Shown here in pieces: positions 16,539 through 25,733 of a stretch of 35,359 nucleotides of DNA. This DNA is from a virus: the UHGV virus genome UHGV-0358463; one strand, given 5' to 3'. Below the pieces are notes generated by a model. That model was not told where the DNA came from. It saw only the letters and a list, made by a program, of their open reading frames with translations, and made no database searches. Each line of letters opens with the position of its first letter. The stretch's first letter is position 1. A program made the position numbers and the translations under genes.

Positions 16539-17132
16539 ATGACGGACTATACTTTTTTTTACTGGATAGAGATGCTTCTTAAAGAAGGCAATGTTTTATT
16601 TATTGTTCTTGCTTGTTTGATTGTCTTTTTTACTTTAAAAAAAGAAATAATAATGGTTTTAGGTCGTCTTAATACAGTTAAGCTAGGTGACTATGAGATT
16701 AAATTTAAAAAAGAAATGTTTGAAATAGAATCTAAAAGTATAGAGGTTATTAAAAATTTACCTGGAACAAATCCTGTCCTGCCGACACAACTCATTGAGA
16801 ATTTCAATATTTTTGAGAGTCTTGCTAGTACTCAGCCTAATGTTGCTGTACTTTCAGCTTGGCGCGAATTGGAGTTAACCGCTATAACGCTTGCATCTAA
16901 AAAGGGGATTGAGATCAACGGGACATCTTTAGGGCGGGCTTCAGGTATCGCTGCCTTGAAAAATGTCCAATCTGCAAACAAAATTTCTAGTGACATTGTT
17001 AAGCTTTATGAAAAAACAGGAGAGTCTATTAAGCCTATATCCCAAGGAAAGCTCTTATGTACTCAGGAAGATGCTTTGGCATTCTGTAAGAATGCAAAAA
17101 GACTTAGCAATTATTTAACATCCATATTTTAG
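16539..17132 (+). CDS. hypothetical membrane-anchored protein in an AT-rich moron
   Basis: 197 aa; N-terminal hydrophobic helix NVLFIVLACLIVFFTL; AT-rich unlike flanking phage genes; no family recognised. Confidence 0.55.
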   Translation: MTDYTFFYWIEMLLKEGNVLFIVLACLIVFFTLKKEIIMVLGRLNTVKLGDYEIKFKKEMFEIESKSIEVIKNLPGTNPVLPTQLIENFNIFESLASTQPNVAVLSAWRELELTAITLASKKGIEINGTSLGRASGIAALKNVQSANKISSDIVKLYEKTGESIKPISQGKLLCTQEDALAFCKNAKRLSNYLTSIF

Positions 17133-17208
17133 TATGTATCCATAGAGCATCCATTATTATTGGAGTAGTCGTTACAGCAGGCATTCACTGAGTGCCTGCT
17201 GCTGAACT

Positions 17209-17421
17209 CTAATAGCAAGATGGAGAATCTGCATTAAATTTTTGAGAGAGATTACTTATTTCATTCACTCCCTTATGATTAAGTAATCGCCTAATATTTT
17301 CTGGAGCCTTGAATATAAATGGGCCTTTTAGATCCTCGATGATTCCTCCTGCGACGCAGATCAAATGCTTGAAATCAACATCTTCAATTGTGGGCTTGGA
17401 GTCCAGATTATCGCTTGTCAT
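17209..17421 (-). CDS. hypothetical small protein, 70 aa
   Basis: ATG with AAGGA about 9 nt upstream; convergent with the 197-aa gene; AT-rich. Confidence 0.4.
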   Translation of the reverse strand: MTSDNLDSKPTIEDVDFKHLICVAGGIIEDLKGPFIFKAPENIRRLLNHKGVNEISNLSQKFNADSPSCY

Positions 17422-17550
17422 TTAAAAACATCCTTTCTTGCCATTAGCAGCATTGAGCATGTTATGGAATCTGTAATTTAGGATGCTGGTACTACCAGTA
17501 CTTTTTTTGTTTCATTTTGTGAATCACCTCATTTACGAGGGGAGCCTATC

Positions 17551-17901
17551 ATGCCACCACGAACACCAAAAGCCTGCCGTGTTCGCGGCTGCCGCTCTAC
17601 AACCACAGACCCTTCAGGCTACTGCGAAAGCCACAAAAGCGAAGGCTGGAAGCAATACAAAACTGGACAATCCCGTCATCAGCGCGGCTACGGTTCGAAG
17701 TGGGACAGTATCCGCGCGCGTGTCCTGAAGCGTGACAAAGTCCTGTGTCAGTTATGTCTGCGTGCTGGTGTGGTGCGTGAGGCGAAGACCGTTGACCACA
17801 TCATCCCTAAATCGCATGGCGGCACTGATGTCGACAGTAATCTGCAGAGTTTGTGCTGGCCGTGTCATAAGGCGAAGACGGCCCGTGAACGGCTGAAGTA
17901 A
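17551..17901 (+). CDS. HNH endonuclease (terminase-associated)
   Basis: 116 aa; Cys-rich with DHIIPKSHGGTDVDSNLQSLCWPCHKAKT; immediately upstream of the small terminase. Confidence 0.85.
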   Translation: MPPRTPKACRVRGCRSTTTDPSGYCESHKSEGWKQYKTGQSRHQRGYGSKWDSIRARVLKRDKVLCQLCLRAGVVREAKTVDHIIPKSHGGTDVDSNLQSLCWPCHKAKTARERLK

Positions 17902-18026
17902 GAACCAGTTCCCACTGCCAGAGGGGAGGGGCGGGTCAAATCCCTGTGACCTGACGTCTTCCGGACTGCCCGCCCCATCGTTTTTTTATACCCGCGAAAA
18001 ATGAAATTTAACCAGGAGTGCCGCAT

Positions 18027-18521
18027 ATGGCTGGAACGGCGGGGCGTTCCGGGCGTCGCCCCAAGCCAACGGCGCGCAAGGCGCTGGCCGGAAACCCCGG
18101 CAAGCGAGCCCTGAATAAAGATGAACCTGTTTTTACGCCCATCAAAGGTGTTGAGCCACCGGAGTGGTTCGCTGAAGAAGATCTCCCTCTCGCCACGACC
18201 ATGTGGCAACTGACAACCAAAGAACTCTGCGGTCAGGGTCTGCTGTGCGTGACTGACCTCGCGGTGCTTGAGCGGTGGTGCGTGGCCTATGAGTTCTGGC
18301 GACGTGCCGTGAAAAATATTGCCAGCCAGGGCAACACCATCACCGGTGCAATGGGCGGTATGGTCAAAAACCCGGAGCTGACCGCCAAGAAAGAACAGGA
18401 GTCCGAGATGAGCAGCACGGGGGCAATGCTCGGACTCGACCCCAGCAGCCGCCAGCGTCTGATAGGCCTGGCGGGGCAGAAGAAAGCCACTAACCCGTTT
18501 CTGAAAATCATCGAATCATGA
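18027..18521 (+). CDS. terminase small subunit (P27 family)
   Basis: 164 aa from the ATG at 18027 (AGGAG 8 nt upstream; the track start at 18018 is a GTG); [27 protein letters not shown] is typical of P27-family small terminases. Confidence 0.85.
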   Translation: MAGTAGRSGRRPKPTARKALAGNPGKRALNKDEPVFTPIKGVEPPEWFAEEDLPLATTMWQLTTKELCGQGLLCVTDLAVLERWCVAYEFWRRAVKNIASQGNTITGAMGGMVKNPELTAKKEQESEMSSTGAMLGLDPSSRQRLIGLAGQKKATNPFLKIIES

Positions 18522-20251
18522 GCCGGAAATCTTACCCCAACGTAAATGCTGCCAATCAGTATGCCCGTGATGTCGTGCGGGGAAAGATTGTGGCCTGCCA
18601 GTTTGTGATTCAGGCCTGCCAGCGCCATCTTGATGACCTGATGGCGGAAAAAAGTAAGTCGTTTCGTTACCGCTTCGACAAGGACCTGGCTGAACGGGCC
18701 GCCAAATTTATTCAGCTGTTGCCGCACACCAAGGGTGAGTGGGCATTTAAGAGGATGCCCATCACGCTGGAGCCGTGGCAGCTCTTTGTGATCTGCTGCG
18801 CGTTTGGCTGGGTCAATAAAGGCTCCCGGCTGCGCCGCTTCCGTGAGGTGTATACCGAAATCCCCCGTAAGAACGGCAAATCGGCAATCTCTGCCGGTGT
18901 CGCCCTGTATTGTTTTGCCTGTGATAACGAGTTTGGCGCGGAAGTGTATTCCGGTGCCACGACAGAGAAACAGGCGTGGGAAGTCTTTCGCCCGGCGCGA
19001 CTGATGTGTAAACGCACACCCATGCTGACGGAAGCGTTCGGGATTGAGGTTAACGCCTCAAACATGAACCGTCCGGAGGATGGCGCGCGGTTTGAACCGC
19101 TGATCGGTAACCCCGGTGATGGATCATCACCCCACTGTGCGGTGGTGGATGAATATCACGAGCACGCCACCGATGCGCTTTACACCACGATGCTTACCGG
19201 GATGGGGGCGCGACGTCAGCCACTGATGTGGGCCATTACTACTGCCGGGTACAACATTGAGGGGCCGTGCTACGACAAACGGCGGGAAGTTATCGAGATG
19301 CTCAACGGTTCGGTACCCAACGATGAACTGTTCGGGATCATCTATACCGTTGACGAAGGTGACGACTGGACCAACCCACAGGTGCTGGAAAAAGCCAACC
19401 CGAATATCGGGGTGTCGGTTTACCGTGAGTTTTTGTTAAGTCAGCAACAGCGTGCGAAAAATAACGCCCGTCTGGCAAACGTCTTTAAAACAAAACACCT
19501 CAATATCTGGGTGTCGGCGCGTTCGGCGTATTTCAACCTGGTGAGCTGGCAGAGCTGCGAGGATAAATCACTGACTCTTGAGCAATTCGAGGGGCAGCCG
19601 TGCATTCTGGCCTTTGACCTGGCGCGTAAACTGGATATGAACAGCATGGCGCGACTTTATACCCGCGAGATTGACGGTAAAACGCATTACTACAGTGTGG
19701 CCCCGCGTTTCTGGGTACCGTATGACACGGTGTACAGCGTCGAGAAAAATGAAGATCGCCGGACAGCCGAACGCTTTCAGAAATGGGTGGAAATGGGCGT
19801 CCTGACCGTTACCGATGGTGCAGAGGTGGATTATCGCTACATCCTCGAAGAGGCCAAAGCGGCGAACAAAATCAGCCCGGTCAGCGAGTCACCCATCGAC
19901 CCCTTCGGGGCGACCGGGCTGTCACATGACCTTGCTGATGAAGACCTGAATCCCGTCACTATCTTCCAGAACTTCACCAATATGTCCGATCCGATGAAAG
20001 AGCTGGAAGCAGCGATTGAATCGGGACGTTTTCATCATGACGGCAATCCCATCATGACCTGGTGTATCGGCAACGTGGTCGGCAAAAACATGCCGGGTAA
20101 CGATGATGTGGTGAAACCCGTCAAAGAGCAGGCGGAAAACAAAATTGACGGTGCAGTTGCGCTGATTATGGCGGTTGGCAGAGCCATGCTGTACGAGAAA
20201 GAAGACACGCTGTCTGATCACATTGAGTCCTACGGGATCCGCTCGCTTTAA
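18518..20251 (+). CDS. terminase large subunit
   Basis: 577 aa; Walker-A-like PRKNGKS, ATPase and nuclease halves; ATGA overlap with the small subunit. Confidence 0.9.
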   Translation: MSRKSYPNVNAANQYARDVVRGKIVACQFVIQACQRHLDDLMAEKSKSFRYRFDKDLAERAAKFIQLLPHTKGEWAFKRMPITLEPWQLFVICCAFGWVNKGSRLRRFREVYTEIPRKNGKSAISAGVALYCFACDNEFGAEVYSGATTEKQAWEVFRPARLMCKRTPMLTEAFGIEVNASNMNRPEDGARFEPLIGNPGDGSSPHCAVVDEYHEHATDALYTTMLTGMGARRQPLMWAITTAGYNIEGPCYDKRREVIEMLNGSVPNDELFGIIYTVDEGDDWTNPQVLEKANPNIGVSVYREFLLSQQQRAKNNARLANVFKTKHLNIWVSARSAYFNLVSWQSCEDKSLTLEQFEGQPCILAFDLARKLDMNSMARLYTREIDGKTHYYSVAPRFWVPYDTVYSVEKNEDRRTAERFQKWVEMGVLTVTDGAEVDYRYILEEAKAANKISPVSESPIDPFGATGLSHDLADEDLNPVTIFQNFTNMSDPMKELEAAIESGRFHHDGNPIMTWCIGNVVGKNMPGNDDVVKPVKEQAENKIDGAVALIMAVGRAMLYEKEDTLSDHIESYGIRSL

Positions 20252-20262
20252 CTGAGGTAATT

Positions 20263-20445
20263 ATGATCATGCTGATTCTCGCGCCTCTGGTGGGCGTGCT
20301 GGGGGTGCTTTTGCTGGCGTATGGTGCCTGGCTGATTTATCCCCCTGCGGGGTTTGTTGTTGCCGGGGCGTTGTGCCTGTTCTGGTCGTGGCTGGTGGCG
20401 CGATATCTCGACCGTACACAGATGTCTGTTGGTGGAGGTAAATAG
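20263..20445 (+). CDS. hypothetical small membrane protein, 60 aa
   Basis: Two hydrophobic helices; sits between terminase and portal; could be spurious. Confidence 0.4.
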   Translation: MIMLILAPLVGVLGVLLLAYGAWLIYPPAGFVVAGALCLFWSWLVARYLDRTQMSVGGGK

Positions 20446-21686
20446 TGTTCTTTTCGGGATTATTTCAACGAAAAAGTGACGCACCGGTGACCACGCCAGC
20501 AGAGCTGGCGGATGCTATCGGGCTGTCATACGACACCTATACCGGAAAGCAGATCAGCAGCCAGAGGGCCATGCGACTGACGGCGGTTTTTTCCTGCGTC
20601 AGGGTGCTGGCGGAGTCGGTCGGGATGTTGCCCTGCAACCTGTATCACCTGAACGGCAGCCTGAAGCAGAGAGCCACTGGCGAACGCCTGCATAAGCTGA
20701 TCTCCACGCATCCCAATGGCTATATGACGCCGCAGGAGTTCTGGGAGCTGGTGGTCACCTGTCTGTGCCTGCGGGGAAACTTTTACGCCTACAAAGTGAA
20801 AGCATTTGGCGAAGTGGCTGAACTGCTGCCCGTCGATCCCGGCTGTGTGGTACCGAAGCTTAACAGTAGCTGGGAGCCGATCTATCAGGTCACATTCCCG
20901 GATGGCTCCACGGATGTACTGAGCCAGGAGGATATCTGGCATGTGCGTACGCTGACGCTGGACGGACTGGTGGGGCTGAATCCCATCGCCTATGCCCGCG
21001 AGGCAATATCGCTGGCAGCTGCGACCGAAGAGCACGGGGCCAGACTGTTCAGCAATGGCGCGGTGACGTCGGGTGTGTTGCGTACAGAGCAGACGCTGTC
21101 AGATCAGGCTTATGAGCGCCTGAAGAAAGATTTTGAGGAGCGTCACACCGGGCTTGGCAATGCTCACCGCCCGATGATCCTTGAGATGGGGCTGGACTGG
21201 AAGTCGATGGCGCTGAACGCCGAGGACAGCCAGTTCCTGGAAACCCGCAAGTTTCAGCTTGAAGAAATCTGTCGTCTGTTCCGGGTGCCGTTGCACATGG
21301 TGCAGAACACCGATCGCGCCACCTTCAACAATATCGAAGAGCTGGGGCTGGGATTTATCAACTATTCACTGGTGCCGTATCTGACCCGCATCGAACAGCG
21401 GATCAACACCGGACTGGTACGAAAAAGTAAGCAGGGCGTTTATTACGCCAAATTTAACGCCGGGGCGTTACTGCGCGGGGATATGAAGTCCCGTTTTGAA
21501 GCCTACGCCACCGGGATCAACTGGGGAATTTACTCTCCCAATGACTGCCGCGACCTGGAAGATATGAATCCGCGTCCCGGTGGTGATGTCTATCTCACAC
21601 CGATGAACATGACCACGAAACCCTCCGATGGCAGTAAAGCCGGTAAGCAGAAGGATAACGCCAATGCAGACGAAACAACGTCTTGA
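20445..21686 (+). CDS. portal protein (HK97 family)
   Basis: 413 aa; position after the terminase and portal-like sequence. Confidence 0.9.
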   Translation: MFFSGLFQRKSDAPVTTPAELADAIGLSYDTYTGKQISSQRAMRLTAVFSCVRVLAESVGMLPCNLYHLNGSLKQRATGERLHKLISTHPNGYMTPQEFWELVVTCLCLRGNFYAYKVKAFGEVAELLPVDPGCVVPKLNSSWEPIYQVTFPDGSTDVLSQEDIWHVRTLTLDGLVGLNPIAYAREAISLAAATEEHGARLFSNGAVTSGVLRTEQTLSDQAYERLKKDFEERHTGLGNAHRPMILEMGLDWKSMALNAEDSQFLETRKFQLEEICRLFRVPLHMVQNTDRATFNNIEELGLGFINYSLVPYLTRIEQRINTGLVRKSKQGVYYAKFNAGALLRGDMKSRFEAYATGINWGIYSPNDCRDLEDMNPRPGGDVYLTPMNMTTKPSDGSKAGKQKDNANADETTS

Positions 21687-22314
21687 TGTACCGCTGAGTC
21701 TGAAATCTGTCAGTGACTCCGGTGAGTTTGAAGGGTATGGCTCCGTCTTTGGTGTAAAGGACAGCCACGATGATGTGGTGATGTCCGGGGCATTTGCTGC
21801 TTCCCTGCGGGCGTGGAGTGACAGAAAAGCGTTACCTGCGCTGCTCTGGCAGCACCGCATGGATGAACCCATCGGTGTTTACACCGAAATGAAGGAAGAC
21901 GATGTCGGGCTTTACGTCAGGGGACGGTTGCTTATTGATGATGATCCCCTCGCAAAACGCGCACATGCACACATGAAGGCCGGTTCGTTAACCGGCCTTT
22001 CTATTGGGTACGTCCTGAAAGACTGGGAATACGACCGGAGCAAAGAAGCCTTTCTGCTGAAAGAAATCGACCTCTGGGAAGTCAGCCTGGTGACGTTCCC
22101 GTCTAACGACGAGGCGCGGATCAGCGACGTCAAGAACGCACTGGCCCGCGGGGAAATCCCCGAACAGAAAAAAATCGAAAGAGTCCTGCGTGATGTCGGA
22201 CTCTCCCGTACCCAGGCCAAAGCATTCATGGCCGGGGGCTATGGCGCACTGTCCCTGCGCGACGCTGAGGATGTGGGCTCTGCACTGAATGCACTGAAAA
22301 ATCTGAACTTCTAA
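21628..22314 (+). CDS. prohead protease (HK97 family, S78-like)
   Basis: 228 aa; alternative ATG start at 21664; lies between portal and capsid genes. Confidence 0.8.
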   Translation: MAVKPVSRRITPMQTKQRLDVPLSLKSVSDSGEFEGYGSVFGVKDSHDDVVMSGAFAASLRAWSDRKALPALLWQHRMDEPIGVYTEMKEDDVGLYVRGRLLIDDDPLAKRAHAHMKAGSLTGLSIGYVLKDWEYDRSKEAFLLKEIDLWEVSLVTFPSNDEARISDVKNALARGEIPEQKKIERVLRDVGLSRTQAKAFMAGGYGALSLRDAEDVGSALNALKNLNF

Positions 22315-22328
22315 TCAGGAGAAATACG

Positions 22329-23534
22329 ATGGCGGTTGATATTAAAGATGTCGAACAGGTCGCGCAGGAGCTGCAGCAGAAGTTTGACGACTTCAAAGCA
22401 AAGAACGACAAGCGCGTGGATGCGATTGAGCAGGAAAAAGGCAAGCTTGCCGGGCAGGTGGAAACCCTGAACGGGAAACTCAGCGAGCTGGAAAATCTCA
22501 AAAGCGACCTTGAAAAAGAGCTGCTTGAGCTGAAACGTCCGGCTGGTGGAGCGCAAAATAAACTGGCCACCGAGCATAAAGAAGCGTTTGTGGGCTTCCT
22601 GCGTAAAGGCCGTGAAGATGGTCTGCGCGATCTGGAGCGCAAGGCATTACAGGTGGGCACCGATGAAGACGGCGGCTATGCCGTGCCGGAAGCACTGGAT
22701 CGCAACATTCTCACCCTGCTGAAAGATGAAGTGGTGATGCGCCAGGAAGCCACGGTGATCACCGTTGGTGGTTCCGACTACAAAAAACTGGTGAATCTGG
22801 GCGGCACGGCTTCCGGATGGGTTGGCGAGACTGACGCGCGCTCCCAGACTGCCACCTCAAAACTGGGCCTGATTGAACCTTTCATGGGGGAAATCTACGG
22901 TAACCCGCAGGCCACCCAGAAAATGCTGGATGATGCCTTTTTCAACGTGGAAGCATGGATCAACAGCGAGCTGGCAACCGAATTTGCCGAACAGGAAGAA
23001 ATTGCCTTTACCACCGGCGATGGTACCAAGAAGCCGAAAGGGTTCCTGGCGTATGAATCCACGGATGAAACCGATAAGGTCCGGGCGTTCGGCAAACTTC
23101 AGCATATTGTATCCGGCGACGCGACGGCGGTGACCGCAGACGCCATTATCAAACTGATTTACACGCTGCGTAAGGCACACCGCACAGGCGCGAAGTTCAT
23201 GATGAACAACAATAGCCTGTTTGCCATCCGTCTGCTGAAAGACAGCGAGGGTAACTATCTGTGGCGTCCGGGGCTGGAGCTGGGGCAGCCGTCCTCTCTG
23301 GCGGGTTACGGTATCGCTGAAAACGAACAGATGCCGGATATCGCCGCTGATGCGAAAGCCATTGCATTTGGTAACTTCAAACGGGGTTACACCATCGTTG
23401 ACCGTATCGGCACCCGCATTCTGCGTGACCCGTACACCAATAAACCGTTTGTCGGTTTTTATACCACCAAACGCACCGGCGGCATGCTGGTCGATTCGCA
23501 GGCCATCAAACTGCTGAAGATTGCAGTGGCGTAA
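22329..23534 (+). CDS. major capsid protein (HK97 fold)
   Basis: 401 aa; N-terminal coiled-coil scaffold-like delta region then the capsid domain; directly after the protease. Confidence 0.9.
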   Translation: MAVDIKDVEQVAQELQQKFDDFKAKNDKRVDAIEQEKGKLAGQVETLNGKLSELENLKSDLEKELLELKRPAGGAQNKLATEHKEAFVGFLRKGREDGLRDLERKALQVGTDEDGGYAVPEALDRNILTLLKDEVVMRQEATVITVGGSDYKKLVNLGGTASGWVGETDARSQTATSKLGLIEPFMGEIYGNPQATQKMLDDAFFNVEAWINSELATEFAEQEEIAFTTGDGTKKPKGFLAYESTDETDKVRAFGKLQHIVSGDATAVTADAIIKLIYTLRKAHRTGAKFMMNNNSLFAIRLLKDSEGNYLWRPGLELGQPSSLAGYGIAENEQMPDIAADAKAIAFGNFKRGYTIVDRIGTRILRDPYTNKPFVGFYTTKRTGGMLVDSQAIKLLKIAVA

Positions 23535-23582
23535 TCACTCAGGGGCGCGGAACCGCGCCCCTGTTCTGACGGGTGAAGAATC

Positions 23583-23783
23583 ATGATCCTGAAACAAGAT
23601 CTGAAATGGTCACCGGACGGTATGCGTGTTGAGGTCATTCGGGCCGGTGAGTATGACGACGGGGCGCTTCCTGCCCGTGTGCAGGAGATTGCACTTCAGG
23701 CCGGGTTAGCAGAGCGCGGAATCAGTGCAAAAAGCAGTAAAGCGGCAAAAGAGAAAAAAGCCACGACCAGTAAAGAGGGCTGA
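23583..23783 (+). CDS. hypothetical small head-module protein, 66 aa
   Basis: ORF between capsid and connector; Lys-rich tail. Confidence 0.4.
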   Translation: MILKQDLKWSPDGMRVEVIRAGEYDDGALPARVQEIALQAGLAERGISAKSSKAAKEKKATTSKEG

Positions 23784-23785
23784 GC

Positions 23786-24109
23786 ATGCTTCTGACAATG
23801 GAAGAGATTAAAGCCCAACTCCGGCTGGATGAGGATTTCGATACTGATGACCGCCATCTGCAACTGCTGGCCTGTGCGGCACAAAAGCGGACGGAAACGT
23901 ATCTGAATCGGAAGCTCTATGCACCGGATGAAACCATTCCGGACAGCGATCCGGACGGGCTGCACCTGCCGGATGATATTCGTCTGGGGATGCTGATGCT
24001 TATCAGCCATTTTTACGAAAACCGCTCGTCGGTTACGGAAGTGGAGAAACTCGACATGCCGCAGAGTTTTGGCTGGCTTGTCGGCCCGTACAGGTACTTT
24101 CCGCAATGA
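23786..24109 (+). CDS. head-tail connector protein (gp6-like)
   Basis: 107 aa; MLLTMEEIKAQLRLDEDFDTDD is typical of gp6-like connector proteins. Confidence 0.75.
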   Translation: MLLTMEEIKAQLRLDEDFDTDDRHLQLLACAAQKRTETYLNRKLYAPDETIPDSDPDGLHLPDDIRLGMLMLISHFYENRSSVTEVEKLDMPQSFGWLVGPYRYFPQ

Positions 24110-24516
24110 AAATTCGTCAGGCGCAGACCAGCGCAACCTACATTCTGCCTGACCCAGGCGAGCTGAATAAACGCGTCCTGATCCGCCAGCGGGTGGATAT
24201 GCCCGCGGATAACTTTGGCGTGGAGCCTCAATACCCGGTTGCGTTCCGGGCATGGGCGAAGGTTATCCAGACCAGTGCCACCACCTGGCAGGAAACCGCG
24301 CAGATCGGAGACGCCATCACCCATTACATCACCATTCGCTACCGCCGGGGGATCACTGCTGATTATGAGGTGGTCTGTGATGACAGTGTGTACCGGGTGA
24401 AACGTCAGCGTGATCTGAACGGGGCGCGGCGCTTTCTGCTGCTGGAGTGTACGGAGCTGGGCGAATGTAGGCAGAGTCACGGAGGCAGCAATGGCGACTC
24501 CCTTTTTTCACGTTGA
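24106..24516 (+). CDS. head closure / head-tail adaptor protein
   Basis: 136 aa; position and ATGA overlap. Confidence 0.6.
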   Translation: MKIRQAQTSATYILPDPGELNKRVLIRQRVDMPADNFGVEPQYPVAFRAWAKVIQTSATTWQETAQIGDAITHYITIRYRRGITADYEVVCDDSVYRVKRQRDLNGARRFLLLECTELGECRQSHGGSNGDSLFSR

Positions 24517-24997
24517 TGTTCAGCAGCCCGCCGAGATGCGCTTTAACCGCGCCCGTGTCCGGCGGGCGTTTGTCACGATTGGGCAGCGTCATATGCGTGA
24601 TGCCCGTCGGCTGGTGATGCGGCGTGCGCGGTCGGCACCGGGTGAAAACCCCGGTTATCAGACCGGACGCCTTGCTCGTTCGATTGGTTATATGGTGCCG
24701 AGAGCCAGTAAAAAGCGAGCCGGTTTTATGACACGCATTGCCCCTAACCAGCGCAACGGGAAGGGGAACCGGATGATCTCTGGTGACTTCTATCCGGCGT
24801 TTCTGTTTTTTGGTGTCCGGGGAGGAGCAAAACGTCGTCGTAGTCATCATCGTGGTGCATCCGGTGGCAGCGGCTGGCGACTGGCTCCACGTAATAACTT
24901 CATGGTGGAAACTCTTGAAAAGAACCGCAGCTGGACACGCTATTTTCTGGCGCGGGAATTGCGTAAATCACTGAAGCCGGAGCGACGACACAGATGA
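24491..24997 (+). CDS. virion morphogenesis protein (HK97 gp10-like), Arg-rich
   Basis: 168 aa; position in the neck module. Confidence 0.55.
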   Translation: MATPFFHVDVQQPAEMRFNRARVRRAFVTIGQRHMRDARRLVMRRARSAPGENPGYQTGRLARSIGYMVPRASKKRAGFMTRIAPNQRNGKGNRMISGDFYPAFLFFGVRGGAKRRRSHHRGASGGSGWRLAPRNNFMVETLEKNRSWTRYFLARELRKSLKPERRHR

Positions 24998-25554
24998 AAC
25001 TGACGCCTGTTATTGCTGCGCTGCGTGCCCGCTGCCCGTATTTTGAAAACCGGGTGGCAGGCGCGGCACAGTTCAAAAATCTGCCGGAGGTCGGAAAGCT
25101 GAGACTCCCGGCGGCGTATGTGGTACCGGGTGATGACTCTCCGGGAGAAAACAAAAGCCAGACCGACTACTGGCAGGAGCTGAAAGAGGGCTTCTCCGTG
25201 GTTGTCATACTGAGTAACGGGCGTGATGAGCGCGGTCAGTTTGCCTCGTATGATGTGGTGGACGATGTCCGGCAGATGCTCTTTAAGGCCCTGCTGGGCT
25301 GGAACCCGGAAGCGTGCGGTAACCCGATTACCTATGACGGCGGCACGCTGCTGGATCTGAATCGTCATGAGCTGATTTATCAGTTCGATTTTTCGGTCAT
25401 CAGCGAGCTGACTGAAGACGATACCCGCCAGCAGGATGATCTGAACAGTCTGGATGAACTGCAAACGCTGGCGATTGATGTTGATTATCTCGAGCCCGGT
25501 AACGGGCCTGACGGCGATATCGAACATCACACCGAAATAACCCTTCCTTCCTGA
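24994..25554 (+). CDS. tail completion protein (Mu gp37-like)
   Basis: 186 aa; position immediately upstream of the sheath region. Confidence 0.55.
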   Translation: MKLTPVIAALRARCPYFENRVAGAAQFKNLPEVGKLRLPAAYVVPGDDSPGENKSQTDYWQELKEGFSVVVILSNGRDERGQFASYDVVDDVRQMLFKALLGWNPEACGNPITYDGGTLLDLNRHELIYQFDFSVISELTEDDTRQQDDLNSLDELQTLAIDVDYLEPGNGPDGDIEHHTEITLPS

Positions 25555-25562
25555 GGATCCTC

Positions 25563-25733
25563 ATGTTTGTCAAACCTGTTAAAGGGCGGTCAGTTCCTGA
25601 CCCTGCCCGCGGCGACCTTTTGCCCGCCGAAGGGCGAAATGTTGACGAGAACAACTACTGGCTGCGCCGTGAAGCAGCGGGTGATATCCGGCGCGTGAAT
25701 AAAAAGGTGAACACCGATGACGATAAGCTTTAA
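25563..25733 (+). CDS. small conserved-position ORF, 56 aa, between tail-completion and sheath genes
   Basis: Not in the ORF track (under 60 aa); ATG at 25563, stop at 25731-25733; overlaps the sheath start; reads MFVKPVKGRSVPDPARGDLL... . Confidence 0.4.
   Translation: MFVKPVKGRSVPDPARGDLLPAEGRNVDENNYWLRREAAGDIRRVNKKVNTDDDKL

Noticed and set aside
18018-18026. GTG start at 18018 for the small terminase
   Set aside because: The AGGAG Shine-Dalgarno overlaps this codon and is correctly spaced for the ATG at 18027.
20526-21035. 169-aa minus-strand ORF inside the portal gene, and similar antisense ORFs inside int, terminase, capsid, tape measure and baseplate genes (e.g. 391-642, 22226-22660, 24353-24850, 24940-25530, 28475-28900, 30632-31129)
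   Set aside because: Each lies wholly within a strongly supported gene on the opposite strand or another frame and shows compositional bias rather than protein-like sequence.
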